64,000 nucleotides of DNA from an uncultured bacterium (lineage in GTDB: Bacteria; Krumholzibacteriota; Krumholzibacteriia; WVZY01; JAKEHA01), in the NCBI GenBank assembly GCA_964621155.1, contig CAZULB010000001.1, forward strand, positions 10,402 to 74,401, given 5' to 3'. A program made the position numbers and the translations under genes. Position 1 is the stretch's first letter. The number at the start of each line of letters is the position of its first letter. The notes beneath the pieces were generated by a model, which worked only from the letters and a program-made list of their open reading frames with translations, ran no database searches and was not told the origin of the DNA. Shown one piece after another: positions 9,738 through 19,820 of the stretch.

Positions 9738-10508
9738 TTAGTGGCCCGCCGGGCGCCCCTCGAAGACCGGCTGCCCCGCTTGAAGTAGTTTCAGGACAAC
9801 AGCTTGCGCGGCTTCTCGGGAGCCGGAAAAGACCAGCGTAATGCCGCCTTCTCCGGTGTGCAGACCCTGCACCGAGGTCCGATTGGCGGCAAACGCGGCG
9901 GTCGCGGTTCCTTCTCTTTCGACGCGGAGAAGCTGCCAGGCGTCACCATCAAAATCGAGATGCCACTCGACGGGGACGGTCGACTGCAGCCGCAGCCGGA
10001 CCGCCAGGTTGGAGCCCTGCTCTTCGATACTGGCGCCACCCGAGACGGTGCCTTTTTCGGTTTCTACCGGGATGGAACCGAGCGTGGCGCGCTCATCGGA
10101 AACCATCGAACCGGAAATGCTGCCCGGATCGACACTGCGCGCGTTCCACATGCCGGGACGTCCCTGCTGAACGGCTATAAGAATCAGAGCGCCCGCCGCC
10201 AATCCCAGACCGAAGGTGGACCAGGGGCGCAGCGCAACCGAGAAGAATCCTTTTCGCACCGGCGCCATCTGCACCGGCCGGCGCACGCTCTCGCGTTGCA
10301 CGGCATCCAGAATGCGCGGCTCGAGTTCGGTGGGAGGCTCGGGCATGGGTTCGTGGTTCAACTTCTCGACCACGCGCGCCAACGACTCATAATAGGAGCG
10401 CGCCGTGGGATCAGCGGTGAGCACCTTCTCCAGCTCGGCGCGTTCGCGCGGCGATGCGACGCCGTCGATGGCCAGATTCATGAGTTCTATGGTTTTGGGC
10501 TCGATCAT
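9738..10508 (-). CDS. Anti-sigma factor (single-pass membrane protein)
   Basis: N-terminal anti-sigma domain (ELMNLAIDGVASPRERAELEKVL...YYESL). One TM (GLGLAAGALILIAVQ). Its start overlaps the ECF sigma stop by 4 nt (ATGA). Confidence 0.65.
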   Translation of the reverse strand: MIEPKTIELMNLAIDGVASPRERAELEKVLTADPTARSYYESLARVVEKLNHEPMPEPPTELEPRILDAVQRESVRRPVQMAPVRKGFFSVALRPWSTFGLGLAAGALILIAVQQGRPGMWNARSVDPGSISGSMVSDERATLGSIPVETEKGTVSGGASIEEQGSNLAVRLRLQSTVPVEWHLDFDGDAWQLLRVEREGTATAAFAANRTSVQGLHTGEGGITLVFSGSREAAQAVVLKLLQAGQPVFEGRPAGH

Positions 10509-11062
10509 TCCGTGATCCCCCTTGCGGTCAGGATGTCCTTGAGCTGCTGACGGGCAGTAAACAGGCGGGACTTCACGGTCTTTTCCGGGACACCGAGCAC
10601 GTCGGCCATCTCCTGGTAGGAGAAATCGTGGTAGTGCTTGAGCACGATCACCATGCGATAGTCCGGTTTCAGCATTTCGATGGCCTCGACGATCTCCTCG
10701 CTCAGTGCCGCGGCGCTGTGCGTCGCTTCCTGCGTGGGCGCCAGCACGACACTCTCCCCGCTCTGATACTCCTCGTTGCGTTTGGCCCGGTTCGTAAAGT
10801 TGATCGATTCATTGATGGTGATGCGATAAATCCAACTGAAGAACTCATGCCTGTCATCGTACGAATCGAGCTTCTGGTACACCTTCACGAACACGCCCTG
10901 CACGATGTCCATGGCGTCGTCCCGGTCGCGGGTCATGCGCAGCGCCAGGTGGTAGAGAGGCTTCTCGTACTTGCGCACGAGGGCATCAAAGGCGCGCGAA
11001 TCACCCGCGAGGCATTGCCGGACCAGGATGGCGTCGGCGTTCGGGTCTTTCAGTGAAGACAT
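10505..11062 (-). CDS. ECF (sigma-70 family, group 4) RNA polymerase sigma factor
   Basis: Region 2 (DAMDIVQGVFVKVYQKLDSYDDRHEFFSWIYRITIN) and region 4 (LSYQEMADVLGVPEKTVKSRLFTARQQL) motifs. Confidence 0.85.
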   Translation of the reverse strand: MSSLKDPNADAILVRQCLAGDSRAFDALVRKYEKPLYHLALRMTRDRDDAMDIVQGVFVKVYQKLDSYDDRHEFFSWIYRITINESINFTNRAKRNEEYQSGESVVLAPTQEATHSAAALSEEIVEAIEMLKPDYRMVIVLKHYHDFSYQEMADVLGVPEKTVKSRLFTARQQLKDILTARGITE

Positions 11063-11129
11063 ACAGTCGGGGTGGCCGAAAAGTTGGCAAGAATATGCCG
11101 ATCGGCCTGCGGAAGCGTTGATGGCACTG

Positions 11130-11447
11130 CTACTTGATAATGAACACCTGGCTGAAACCGGCGATGGAGAAGAGCTCCTTGATGTGGCGGCTCATGTGCG
11201 TCAGGACGAGGCTCTGCCCCTTTTCCGCGAGTCGGCGCTGAACGCCGAGAAGAACACCCAGGCAGGCGCTCGAGATGTAGTCCACGTTCTCGAAGTCGAG
11301 CTCGCACGTGGCCTCCACGGGCTTCAACTCTTCACGCAGTCGGTCCGCCTGAGCGGCGTCCAACCTTCCCACCAGAATGAATTCCCCGTTGGGGCCGCGA
11401 CGGACATCGAGCATGAATTGCCTTTCGCCGAACAAGGAGATTACCAC
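11130..11447 (-). CDS. STAS-domain protein (anti-sigma factor antagonist-like)
   Basis: LVGRLDAAQADRLREELKP...LDFENVDYISSACLGVLLGVQRRLAEKGQSLVL is typical of SpoIIAA/STAS. An alternative start ATG at 11414 would give 94 aa. Confidence 0.6.
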   Translation of the reverse strand: MVISLFGERQFMLDVRRGPNGEFILVGRLDAAQADRLREELKPVEATCELDFENVDYISSACLGVLLGVQRRLAEKGQSLVLTHMSRHIKELFSIAGFSQVFIIK

Positions 11448-11526
11448 ATCAGCGGAAGGCGCCGTATCTGATTCTGTGCAAGAGTCTTAGCGCGGCGTGC
11501 CCGGGCGAGCGAGAAGCGGCGAGTTG

Positions 11527-11955
11527 TCAGTCGTCGTTGCGAACCGATCCGCGCATGCGCTTGGTGGCAGAACGGCGGCGTTTGGCATCGACGCGGTTGG
11601 CCTTGGCGGCGCGCGAAACGCGGGTCATGCGGCGGTGTTTGGGAGGAGTGGCGGCGGTGCGGATCATTTCGACCAGACGTTCGATGGCGTCGGCACGGTT
11701 GCGCTCCTGGGTGCGAAAGCGGCGCGCCGTAATAATAAGGACGCCCTCGCGCGTGAGACGGGAGCCAACGCGCGAGACGAGTCGGGCCCGCACATCATCG
11801 GGGAGCGATCGTGAATGAGCGGCGTGGAACCGAAGCTGGGCGGTCGTCGCCACTTTGTTCACGTTCTGACCGCCCGGTCCCGACGAGCGCACGAAAGTAA
11901 TGTCGAGCTCGGACTCGTCGATCGAGAGCGTGGGGGTGATGTGGATCCGGGCCAC
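11527..11955 (-). CDS. arfB: Alternative ribosome-rescue factor ArfB (peptidyl-tRNA hydrolase, GGQ family)
   Basis: 142 aa. GGQ motif in SSGPGGQNVNKV with a basic C-terminal tail, as in ArfB/YaeJ. Confidence 0.85.
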   Translation of the reverse strand: MARIHITPTLSIDESELDITFVRSSGPGGQNVNKVATTAQLRFHAAHSRSLPDDVRARLVSRVGSRLTREGVLIITARRFRTQERNRADAIERLVEMIRTAATPPKHRRMTRVSRAAKANRVDAKRRRSATKRMRGSVRNDD

Positions 11956-11958
11956 GGT

Positions 11959-14325
11959 CTACTTGAGCAACACCATCTTGCGCGACAGCGTGGTCAGTGC
12001 CGTGTCCAGCCGGTACAGATAAACTCCGCTCGCCAGCTGCTGGCCGCGATCATCACGTCCATCGAACGTGACACGGTGCGGACCTTTGGCCTCGACGGCG
12101 TCCACCAGCGTGCGCACCAGATGACCCGCCGTGTCGAAAACGCGAATGCGTACCGGTCCCGCCAGCCCCAGTGAATACTCGATGGTGGTTTCCGGATTGA
12201 ACGGGTTCGGGTGATTTGCGTGCAGCTCGGTGAGTGCGGGCAAATCGCCCGCGCCGGTAGCCACGGGCTTGAGCCAGATGCCGTCGGTGAGGCCAACGCG
12301 ACGCTGGGTGGCGCCGTAGGTAATGTTTGTGATGAGTGTGTCCGGCACGTAGCCGGGCGCCGAAAAGATGATGGTCACGTCCTCGTTGGTGCCGCGGGTG
12401 GGGCCGTCGTCATACAGAAAATAGAAGCGGCCATCGTCCTGGACGTGCTGCACAAAACCGCGTTCGATGGAGCGCGCGGTAAAGTTGGAAATGATGTGCT
12501 GACTGTACTTGTCGCGCACTTCGCCGTTGATCTCGCCGGTGGCGTAGGGCCCACTGAGCACCGTGTTCAACGCGGCACGCCCATCGACCGACTTTTCGAA
12601 GTATTCTTCCCACGTCTTCCTGAAGAGAGCAATCTTGTCGAGCTGCGCCTGCAAAGGCACGGTCCCCTGCTTGATGAGGAAGATGAAACCCTGGCGCAGC
12701 ACATGCTCTTCGTCGGCCACCACGGGCGTGCGTGGGCCTTCCGAAGCGATGATATCCTCTACCGTCACGGGGACAAAGGTACCGGTGGCAACCGAACCCA
12801 TGAGCGGCGTCCCCACGGAACGAGCGCTCACGGTATTGTTGGACGCGCTGGATATGAAGAAGAAGTCCTTCACTTCATTGGGCGTACGCATGCCAAAGAG
12901 GTACTCGTCGATCTCCGAGAAGTAGTCGACGTTGGTGGGGCAGCTGTAGTTGCTGCCACCCGTGCTCACCCAGTCACCGCCTTCGAGAGAGCTGTGATCG
13001 AGATCTGCGTAGTAACTCCAGTGCGCGTCGGAGCGGCCCAGGATCAGATTGCTATGGCCGACTCCGTACGTGACGAAAGCACCCCAGCGGTGTCCCGACT
13101 CCTGCCCCATGATGGTGAGGAAGCTGTTGCCCTTGCCGAAGGTGCGCGCAGCGGGGTCGGCTGAGGCCCATACGTCGAGATTGTTCATGTTGCATCGGCT
13201 CTCGAGCACGCCCGACGACCCGTACGATGCACTGCCGTCGAAGATGTTGAGCCCGATGCCGGTCACATCGTTACTGATGTTGACCTCGTTCGCGAACCCG
13301 GCCATGGTCTGGGTGAAGTTCGTGAAGAAAACGAGCTGAAAGAACTCATCAGCGAACTGGGAATAGAAACGCTGGAACAGCGCCGCCTCGTCCACGAGCG
13401 GATTGGCGTAGCTGTAGTACTGCTCGAACACGGCCGCGCCGGCAGCACTCGTGTGCGGGAGCCCTGAAGAGTAGCTGATCTCCTCGAGCGTCGGGTTGTT
13501 GACGCTGGGGTTGTATCCCGTGAGGCTTCCGATATTGGAGCCGATTCCGTTATAGGTAATGGTGAAATCCCCGTTCGGGAACATTACCAGTTGAAACGTG
13601 TTGCTGGCCGGTTGGCCGTACTCGAACACGTTGATATACGTCACCGTGTACTTGGTGGCTTCACTGCGCACGCGCACATCGCCGTTCGCGGTTTCATCAA
13701 GGTCCAGGTAATAGGGCGCAATCTTCGGGGTCGTGCTGAGAAAGTCGTTCGGATCGAAAAACGCGCCGTTAATGGGAGCGCCGAATGAGACCGCGCCGTT
13801 TCCACTCACATACATCTGCGTGTACGTTGTTCCGGCGTAGGGAAACGCAAACGGAAGGTTGACCAGCACCGCGCCGTCGTCGCCGGGGGCGAGCAACGTC
13901 CCCAATGTGTTGTCGTAGCTGAACGTCTGCGACGTGATGGTGTAGGCGGTTCCGCTCCTGGTGTACTTGTGGGTCTGGTGGTCGACCACGAACGGGTTGG
14001 TGCCGCTCAGCGTGAGCGTGCCGTCGTCTTCGATGACCCAGACGTTGTCATAGACGTAGTCGAGCCCGGTGGTGACGGCACCGGCTTTATGCGCTATCTG
14101 CTTCTGTTTGGCGGCGTGCAGCAGCCGCGCCCCCCGGTTTTCAGTTTCGTTTCCCTTGTAGGTGCCACAGTCAAAGACGGTCTCTCCCAGCGCGGTATAA
14201 GTCCGTTGGGGCTGGGCGACCTTCTGCGGAACGCCGGAACGCGGCCGGGCCTGCGCGCTTGAAACGAGGCAAAGGCTTGCAAGGAAACCAAAAAGGAGCC
14301 GTTTGTGCGCTGACGATCCCGCCAT
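11959..14325 (-). CDS. Secreted protein with T9SS-type C-terminal sorting domain
   Basis: Signal peptide MAGSSAHKRLLFGFLASLCLVSSAQA (start ATG 14325, GGAGG RBS). C-terminus NPFNPETTIEYSL...IRVFDTAGHLVRTLVD...GVYLYRLD...RKMVLLK. Confidence 0.7.
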   Translation of the reverse strand: MAGSSAHKRLLFGFLASLCLVSSAQARPRSGVPQKVAQPQRTYTALGETVFDCGTYKGNETENRGARLLHAAKQKQIAHKAGAVTTGLDYVYDNVWVIEDDGTLTLSGTNPFVVDHQTHKYTRSGTAYTITSQTFSYDNTLGTLLAPGDDGAVLVNLPFAFPYAGTTYTQMYVSGNGAVSFGAPINGAFFDPNDFLSTTPKIAPYYLDLDETANGDVRVRSEATKYTVTYINVFEYGQPASNTFQLVMFPNGDFTITYNGIGSNIGSLTGYNPSVNNPTLEEISYSSGLPHTSAAGAAVFEQYYSYANPLVDEAALFQRFYSQFADEFFQLVFFTNFTQTMAGFANEVNISNDVTGIGLNIFDGSASYGSSGVLESRCNMNNLDVWASADPAARTFGKGNSFLTIMGQESGHRWGAFVTYGVGHSNLILGRSDAHWSYYADLDHSSLEGGDWVSTGGSNYSCPTNVDYFSEIDEYLFGMRTPNEVKDFFFISSASNNTVSARSVGTPLMGSVATGTFVPVTVEDIIASEGPRTPVVADEEHVLRQGFIFLIKQGTVPLQAQLDKIALFRKTWEEYFEKSVDGRAALNTVLSGPYATGEINGEVRDKYSQHIISNFTARSIERGFVQHVQDDGRFYFLYDDGPTRGTNEDVTIIFSAPGYVPDTLITNITYGATQRRVGLTDGIWLKPVATGAGDLPALTELHANHPNPFNPETTIEYSLGLAGPVRIRVFDTAGHLVRTLVDAVEAKGPHRVTFDGRDDRGQQLASGVYLYRLDTALTTLSRKMVLLK

Positions 14326-14425
14326 GGATGCGTCCTCCGAAGGACGAGAATGTGGAAAGCACCGGTCGGAACAGAGTGGGGTGTGCTCGCTATATTTTCG
14401 CACTCGGGCAGGCTATGCGCAATGA

Positions 14426-15598
14426 TCAGTTCGTCTTTTCCGATTTTCCCGCAAACAAATCCAGCTTTACCAGGCGGCCATCGAGCCCGCCATTGGCCAG
14501 CGGCTTTTTGAAAGCCGGCCGCAGGCCGATCGACTTGAGGAGTTCGCGTTCGCCAAAGTAGACGAACGCGGTCGAACCCGTGCAGCGCTGCTTCAGAAAG
14601 TCACCAAAACCGCGGACGAAATCAGGCATCGCATCGCGTTTGCCCATGCGAACTCCGTAGGGCGGATTGGTAACAATCGTCGCATCATGGATGCCTTCAA
14701 TCTCTTCGAAGCGTCTCGTGTCTACCACCACACGCCTGCCGTCGGGCAGCTTGGCGAGGTTGGCGCGCGCGGCATGCACGGCATCCCGTGACGCGTCGCC
14801 GCCTTTGATCAGTCCCTCGGGAAGCGCACGGATCGCGGCGTCGGCCTGCTTTTTCATTTCATCCCAGGCGGGCGCATCGTAGTCCGGCATGAAGCGCACG
14901 CCCTGTTTGGGGCGAAGGTATGCGGCCGGCACGCGGCAATATCGCATCAACGCTTCGCACAGAAGCGTCCCCGAGCCGCACATCGGATCGACGAAGGGAC
15001 GTTCGCCGTCCCAGCCCGTCATCGCGACCATCACCGCGGCCACTGTCTCCTGCATGGGTGCTTCAATCGAATCCACGCGGTAACCGCGCCTGTGCATGGA
15101 CCCACCCGAGAGATCGAGCGAGATGGTGGCACGGTTGGCGTGCAGGTAGAGATTGATCCACAGGTCGGGATTGAGCGGCTCGATGTTGGGACGCGACCCT
15201 GTCTTGTCACGAAACTGGTCGACGATGGCGTCTTTGACAGTAAGGGCGGCGTACTGCGAGTGACGGATGGTGCTGTTTGCGACGGTTGCGAACACGGCAA
15301 AGGTGCGCCGGTTGGTGAACATCCGGGTCCAGTCGATATCCTGCACGCGCTTGTAGAGGTATTCAGGACTGTGCGTCTGGAATCGAATGAGCGGGCAGAG
15401 GACGCGCGAGATGGTGAGCGCGCTGTAGACGATGCGGTAGAGCGCGTCGCGATCGGCGAGGAAGTAGAGTCCGCGGTAACCGGGGACGACTTTGGAGGCG
15501 CCCAAACGCAGTAGTTCTTCGCCAGCGACGTCTTCGCCTCCGTCGGGAACTTGCGCAAAGAAGGGTTCGCCGGCCTGGTAGAGGTAATCGGTACTCAC
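14426..15598 (-). CDS. THUMP-domain class I SAM-dependent RNA methyltransferase (RlmL/COG0116-like)
   Basis: THUMP N-terminus (DYLYQAGEPFFAQV). SAM-binding DPMCGSGTL. Catalytic NPPYG motif (IVTNPPYGVRMG). Start placed at GTG 15598; the ORF track extends to 15739. Confidence 0.7.
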   Translation of the reverse strand: MSTDYLYQAGEPFFAQVPDGGEDVAGEELLRLGASKVVPGYRGLYFLADRDALYRIVYSALTISRVLCPLIRFQTHSPEYLYKRVQDIDWTRMFTNRRTFAVFATVANSTIRHSQYAALTVKDAIVDQFRDKTGSRPNIEPLNPDLWINLYLHANRATISLDLSGGSMHRRGYRVDSIEAPMQETVAAVMVAMTGWDGERPFVDPMCGSGTLLCEALMRYCRVPAAYLRPKQGVRFMPDYDAPAWDEMKKQADAAIRALPEGLIKGGDASRDAVHAARANLAKLPDGRRVVVDTRRFEEIEGIHDATIVTNPPYGVRMGKRDAMPDFVRGFGDFLKQRCTGSTAFVYFGERELLKSIGLRPAFKKPLANGGLDGRLVKLDLFAGKSEKTN

Positions 15599-15624
15599 AT
15601 TGGGCTCGCTGTCGCTCGCCGGTC

Positions 15625-16143
15625 TCACCACTCGCCTGCGTAGTCGGTGCGATTCGGGTCGGCGCGGCGGCCGAAATGCTCGAAGAGAATGCGCTCGATC
15701 TGGCGCAGGTGCAGAAGATCGTGTGCGGCCCACGCGCACAACATGGACGCCGCGGTGAAATCACCCATTTTCGGGTGCGTGTATGCGGCACTCCAATCGG
15801 CGTCGCGCAGGCCCTCGAGCCATTCGAGCGACTTGCCGCGCTCACGCATGAAATCGGCGCGGAGATCCAGCAGCGACTGGCGGTTGAAATTTGCTTCGCG
15901 CACGGTGCGTTGCGGATCGATGGCAGGCCAGCTCTGGCCCTGCCTGTGCAACATGTAGTCGATGCGGGTCCGAAAATCGTTGCGCTCTTCATCGGCCAGA
16001 TGACCGAGCACGTCGTTGATCGACCACTTGCCCGGCGCGGGCGCTTCGCGCGCAACATCCTCGGCTATGCCGGAGGTCAGTGCGTCGATGGCGCGGCTAC
16101 TGGCCTGCAGGGACGCGGAAATCTCGATGACGAGCGCGCTCAC
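15625..16143 (-). CDS. DinB/YfiT-like (DinB_2) metal-dependent hydrolase family protein
   Basis: PAPGKWSINDVLGHL...HDLLHLRQI pattern. Start placed at GTG 16143, which overlaps the upstream gene's TGA stop (GTGA). The ORF track start at 16209 would overlap by 70 nt. Confidence 0.65.
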   Translation of the reverse strand: MSALVIEISASLQASSRAIDALTSGIAEDVAREAPAPGKWSINDVLGHLADEERNDFRTRIDYMLHRQGQSWPAIDPQRTVREANFNRQSLLDLRADFMRERGKSLEWLEGLRDADWSAAYTHPKMGDFTAASMLCAWAAHDLLHLRQIERILFEHFGRRADPNRTDYAGEW

Positions 16144-16670
16144 TTCTTTGCCTTGTGTTTCCCCGCGAGAATATATGGTTTGAAGCGCTCGATCAGGAAA
16201 TGCCGCCACACACCCTTGACCAGCGACCCGGTGGAAGCATCGACAGCGCCCATTCCCGACGCGAAAAGCGTCATGCGCGTCGAATCCGTGCCCACCGCTT
16301 CGAACGAGTACGTGAAGACCATGTCCACCGCGGTGCCTGAAAGCCCCAGCGGACCCTGGAAACGAATCTTCGACGGACGCTGGCAGAAGATCACCTCGGC
16401 ATGTTGGGCACCATTACCCTTGTCGTCGAAGAGTTCGACAAAGTGTCCTCCCACTTTGGGCTCGAGCACGAGCGCCTTCGGGGCTCCCGAAAAGGTGTGG
16501 TCCCACCATCCCGTGATGTCGCCGGTGGCGGCATCGAAGATTTCCTCCGGCGTTCCCGGAAGCACGACGGGAACATCAAAAGCGAACGCGTTGACGCCAA
16601 CCGGCCCGGTTTCGGCGCCGGCAACCGCAGCAAGCATCAACAGGGACAGTGCAACCAGAACCAGACGCAT
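16140..16670 (-). CDS. Secreted hypothetical protein
   Basis: Signal peptide MRLVLVALSLLMLAAVAGA. No recognisable motif. Confidence 0.45.
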   Translation of the reverse strand: MRLVLVALSLLMLAAVAGAETGPVGVNAFAFDVPVVLPGTPEEIFDAATGDITGWWDHTFSGAPKALVLEPKVGGHFVELFDDKGNGAQHAEVIFCQRPSKIRFQGPLGLSGTAVDMVFTYSFEAVGTDSTRMTLFASGMGAVDASTGSLVKGVWRHFLIERFKPYILAGKHKAKK

Positions 16671-16681
16671 CGGACCGCTCC

Positions 16682-17866
16682 TTAGTACTGTTTGAGAATG
16701 GGAACAACTTCGGACTGTATGCCACCGGTGACGTGCACCCGGTTGTCACCGTCGACATACACGTCAACTTCGAGCCGGACGCCGAACTCGGGCAGGTAGA
16801 TGCCCGGCTCGATCGAAAAGCACGTGCGCCGCAGGATGCGGCGCTCGTCGTGCGTTTCCAGGTTGTCCATGTTGGCGCCGTTGCCGTGGACTTCGGTTCC
16901 GATGCTGTGCCCGGTGCGGTGCACGAACTGATCGCCGTAGCCCGCCTTCTTGATCACCGCGCGCGCCGCGTCGTCCACTTCCCAACCGTACACAGGCTTG
17001 CCTGCGTTGAGCGCGTCGCGCACCTTATCGATGGCAGCGTCACGCGCCGCAGCGACGATATCGAATACTTTCGTGTATTTCTCCGGAACGGTTTCGCCCA
17101 TATAGCCGACTTTGGTGATGTCGCTGTACACGCCACCGGGCTTGTCGACTTTTGCCCACAGATCCACGAGCACGAAGTCGCCTTCGTTGATCTCGCTGTC
17201 GTGCATGGGCACAGGTTCGTAGTGCGGGTCGCCGCCGTGCGGACCCACTCCGACGATGGGCGGGTGATAGGTGGTGAGGCCGTGCTTGGCGAAGTGATCC
17301 ATGATGGCCTTCTGCACGTCGACCTCGCGCACAGACTTTTTCCTGCGCACGCCGTCGGCCATCATCTTCCACGCCACATCGAAAGCCGACTGTGTGTGCT
17401 TGTCGGCTTCGAGGTGCATCTGCCACACCTCGTCGCTCCACGCGGCATCGAATATCTGAATGAGATCGCCGGATGAATGGAGCTCGACGCCCGTGCTCTT
17501 CACGAGCTCGACTGTCCCCGCGTCCACGATCGAGACGTACGGGATCGCGTTCCGGGGCGAGTATTCCATCGCCACTTTCCTGTGCCCGGAAACGAGCTCG
17601 CGGACGCCGGCTTCCAGCTCCTGCCACTTGAGGTACACGCTCTTTTCGCCCGGGAGCGAATCCAGCGCGCCCGCCTCGATACGGTGGACGAGCTTGCGCG
17701 GCTCGCCCTTCGCCGGCACGAGGTACATGAAGCGGCGTGAATTCATGCCGCCTTCGAGCTTCAGGATGTTGCGCGCCACCGGATTGCTGCCGCGGAAATC
17801 GTAGAAGAGCCACGCGTCGAACCCGAGTTCGCGCAGCGCGGACTGGATGGCATTCAGATCGAACAT
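16682..17866 (-). CDS. M24-family metallopeptidase (Xaa-Pro aminopeptidase/prolidase-like)
   Basis: Pita-bread fold motifs (HRTGHSIGTEVHGNGANMD), an M24 metal-ligand pattern. Confidence 0.8.
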   Translation of the reverse strand: MFDLNAIQSALRELGFDAWLFYDFRGSNPVARNILKLEGGMNSRRFMYLVPAKGEPRKLVHRIEAGALDSLPGEKSVYLKWQELEAGVRELVSGHRKVAMEYSPRNAIPYVSIVDAGTVELVKSTGVELHSSGDLIQIFDAAWSDEVWQMHLEADKHTQSAFDVAWKMMADGVRRKKSVREVDVQKAIMDHFAKHGLTTYHPPIVGVGPHGGDPHYEPVPMHDSEINEGDFVLVDLWAKVDKPGGVYSDITKVGYMGETVPEKYTKVFDIVAAARDAAIDKVRDALNAGKPVYGWEVDDAARAVIKKAGYGDQFVHRTGHSIGTEVHGNGANMDNLETHDERRILRRTCFSIEPGIYLPEFGVRLEVDVYVDGDNRVHVTGGIQSEVVPILKQY

Positions 17867-17929
17867 GGATGTCTCCGTAGTTAGGGTATCCGCCCGACAG
17901 GGCGGACGCGATTATACACGAATGGCAAC

Positions 17930-18694
17930 CTAGTGCTTCGCGAAGAGCCCAATCACGTTCTGGGCTACCAACACCGTTCCGACGAGAAGAAGAAACACAC
18001 CGAAGGCTGGACGTAGCCGATGTGCGGGAAGCGGTTTGCTGAGGCGCTCACCCAGCAGGCTGCCGGCCGCATTGAATCCGGTAACTGTCAGTGTCAGCGG
18101 CCACGGAAAATTTTCGTGCGCGGCAAAGCCGAGGAAACCACCGAGCGAATTGATGGCGATAATCAAAAGCGACGTGCCGATGGCGTGTTTGACGTCCATG
18201 CCGCACACGATTACAAGCGCGGGCACGAGGAGAAACCCGCCACCCACCCCTATCATTCCCGTAAAAAAACCGAGCACCATGCCCACAAGCACTGCTTGCA
18301 GCGGCGGCATGTGTTCGCCTTCTCCGGTCGCCGACGGAACACGCCGGCGAATCATGAGCAGCGCCGCGACCACCACGACGACCGCGAATGTGGTGAGCAG
18401 CACGCTTTCGGGAATGAATTCGGCCACGCGACCGCCCCCGTACGCACCCACGATGCCGGCGATTGCCCAACGGATACCAATCGCCCAGCGCACATTCATC
18501 GAACGCGCATGCGCCAGCGCGGCCAGCAGGCCCGTGCACATGAGAATGAAGAGGGACATGCCCAACGACGTCTTAACGGGAACGTCGAGCACGTAGACAA
18601 GAATGGGAACCAGCAGGATGGAGCCGCCCGCGCCGAAGATGCCGAACACGGTTCCGGCGGTGAATGCGAGCAAGCCCGCTAAGAACAGGTGCAT
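17930..18694 (-). CDS. TauE/SafE-family sulfite/anion exporter
   Basis: Two-fold repeat membrane protein with GAGGSILLVPILVYVL and GVGGGFLLVPALVIVCGM motifs. Confidence 0.8.
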   Translation of the reverse strand: MHLFLAGLLAFTAGTVFGIFGAGGSILLVPILVYVLDVPVKTSLGMSLFILMCTGLLAALAHARSMNVRWAIGIRWAIAGIVGAYGGGRVAEFIPESVLLTTFAVVVVVAALLMIRRRVPSATGEGEHMPPLQAVLVGMVLGFFTGMIGVGGGFLLVPALVIVCGMDVKHAIGTSLLIIAINSLGGFLGFAAHENFPWPLTLTVTGFNAAGSLLGERLSKPLPAHRLRPAFGVFLLLVGTVLVAQNVIGLFAKH

Positions 18695-18794
18695 GCGCGC
18701 AGTATAGCAAAGCGCTTCCGCCGGCAGGTAGGCAACTCACCGGATCCGATGCCTGTCTTCCGGATGGGAACGGGATAAGCGCGAGAGGCGTCCG

Positions 18795-19820
18795 CTAGTC
18801 CTGGATCGGAATTACCTCGAGGTGATGGCGGTGCCCGCCGTGGCGGATAACGGTCAGCGTTACCCTGTTTCCGGGAGTGATGCGCGCGAGTCCGCGCTGC
18901 AGATCGTCGATGCTGGAGATGCCGTCACCGTCCATTGATACGATCACATCGCGCTCACGAACGCCCGCGCGCTGCGCGGGACCGTCGGCCATCAACGACA
19001 GCACTTCGACGGCACTGGCTTCCGCGAGGTTGAATTCACGCTGCACGCGGCGATTGACGGGACGCGTCTGTCCCACCACACCCAGCACGGCGCGATGCAC
19101 GCGACCGCCCGTCATGAGCTCGCTCACCACCCACGTCATGGTGGCGGACGGAATCGCGAAGCACAGCCCCTGCGCCATGCGAATCATGGCCGTGTTCACG
19201 CCGACCACGCGGCCGCGGCTGTCCACCAGCGGACCGCCCGAATTGCCGGGGTTCAAGGCCACGTCGGTTTGAATGATGTTCTCGATGAGACGCCCCGACT
19301 GGCCGCGCAGACTCCGGCCCAGCGCGGACACCACGCCCGTCGACACCGTGCTTTGAAATCCGAGCGGGTTGCCGATGGCAATCACGAGTTGTCCGACGCG
19401 AAGGTTCTCCGAGCGTCCGATTTCGACGGGCACCAGCCCGCCTTCGGGAACGCGCAGCAGGGCGAGATCGGTGGCGGGATCCGAGCCGACCACGCGCGCG
19501 CCCAGCTCGCGTCCGTCGGTAAACACGGCCGTGACGGCGTTGGCCTTCTCGACCACGTGGTGATTGGTGATTACGAATCCGTCGGGTGCGATGACGAAAC
19601 CGGACCCGGCTCCCTGCCCCACACCACCCTGGCCATTTTCAGCGGTGATACGAATGCTGACCACGGAAGGCGCCATGCGGTCGGCCACGCCAATCACGGC
19701 GCGCGAGTAGGCGTCGAGCAACTCGAGGTCGTCTTCTTCGGGGAGCTCCGGGGCAAAGCCTGCGCGGCGCAGCGGATCTGCTTCACTGGCAACGAACTGC
19801 AGCGGCCGTTCGGGTTTCAT
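18795..19820 (-). CDS. HtrA/DegP-like trypsin-fold serine protease with C-terminal PDZ domain
   Basis: Catalytic triad context (GFVITNHHVV, DLALLRV, NPGNSGGPLVD) followed by a PDZ-like segment. Confidence 0.8.
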   Translation of the reverse strand: MKPERPLQFVASEADPLRRAGFAPELPEEDDLELLDAYSRAVIGVADRMAPSVVSIRITAENGQGGVGQGAGSGFVIAPDGFVITNHHVVEKANAVTAVFTDGRELGARVVGSDPATDLALLRVPEGGLVPVEIGRSENLRVGQLVIAIGNPLGFQSTVSTGVVSALGRSLRGQSGRLIENIIQTDVALNPGNSGGPLVDSRGRVVGVNTAMIRMAQGLCFAIPSATMTWVVSELMTGGRVHRAVLGVVGQTRPVNRRVQREFNLAEASAVEVLSLMADGPAQRAGVRERDVIVSMDGDGISSIDDLQRGLARITPGNRVTLTVIRHGGHRHHLEVIPIQD

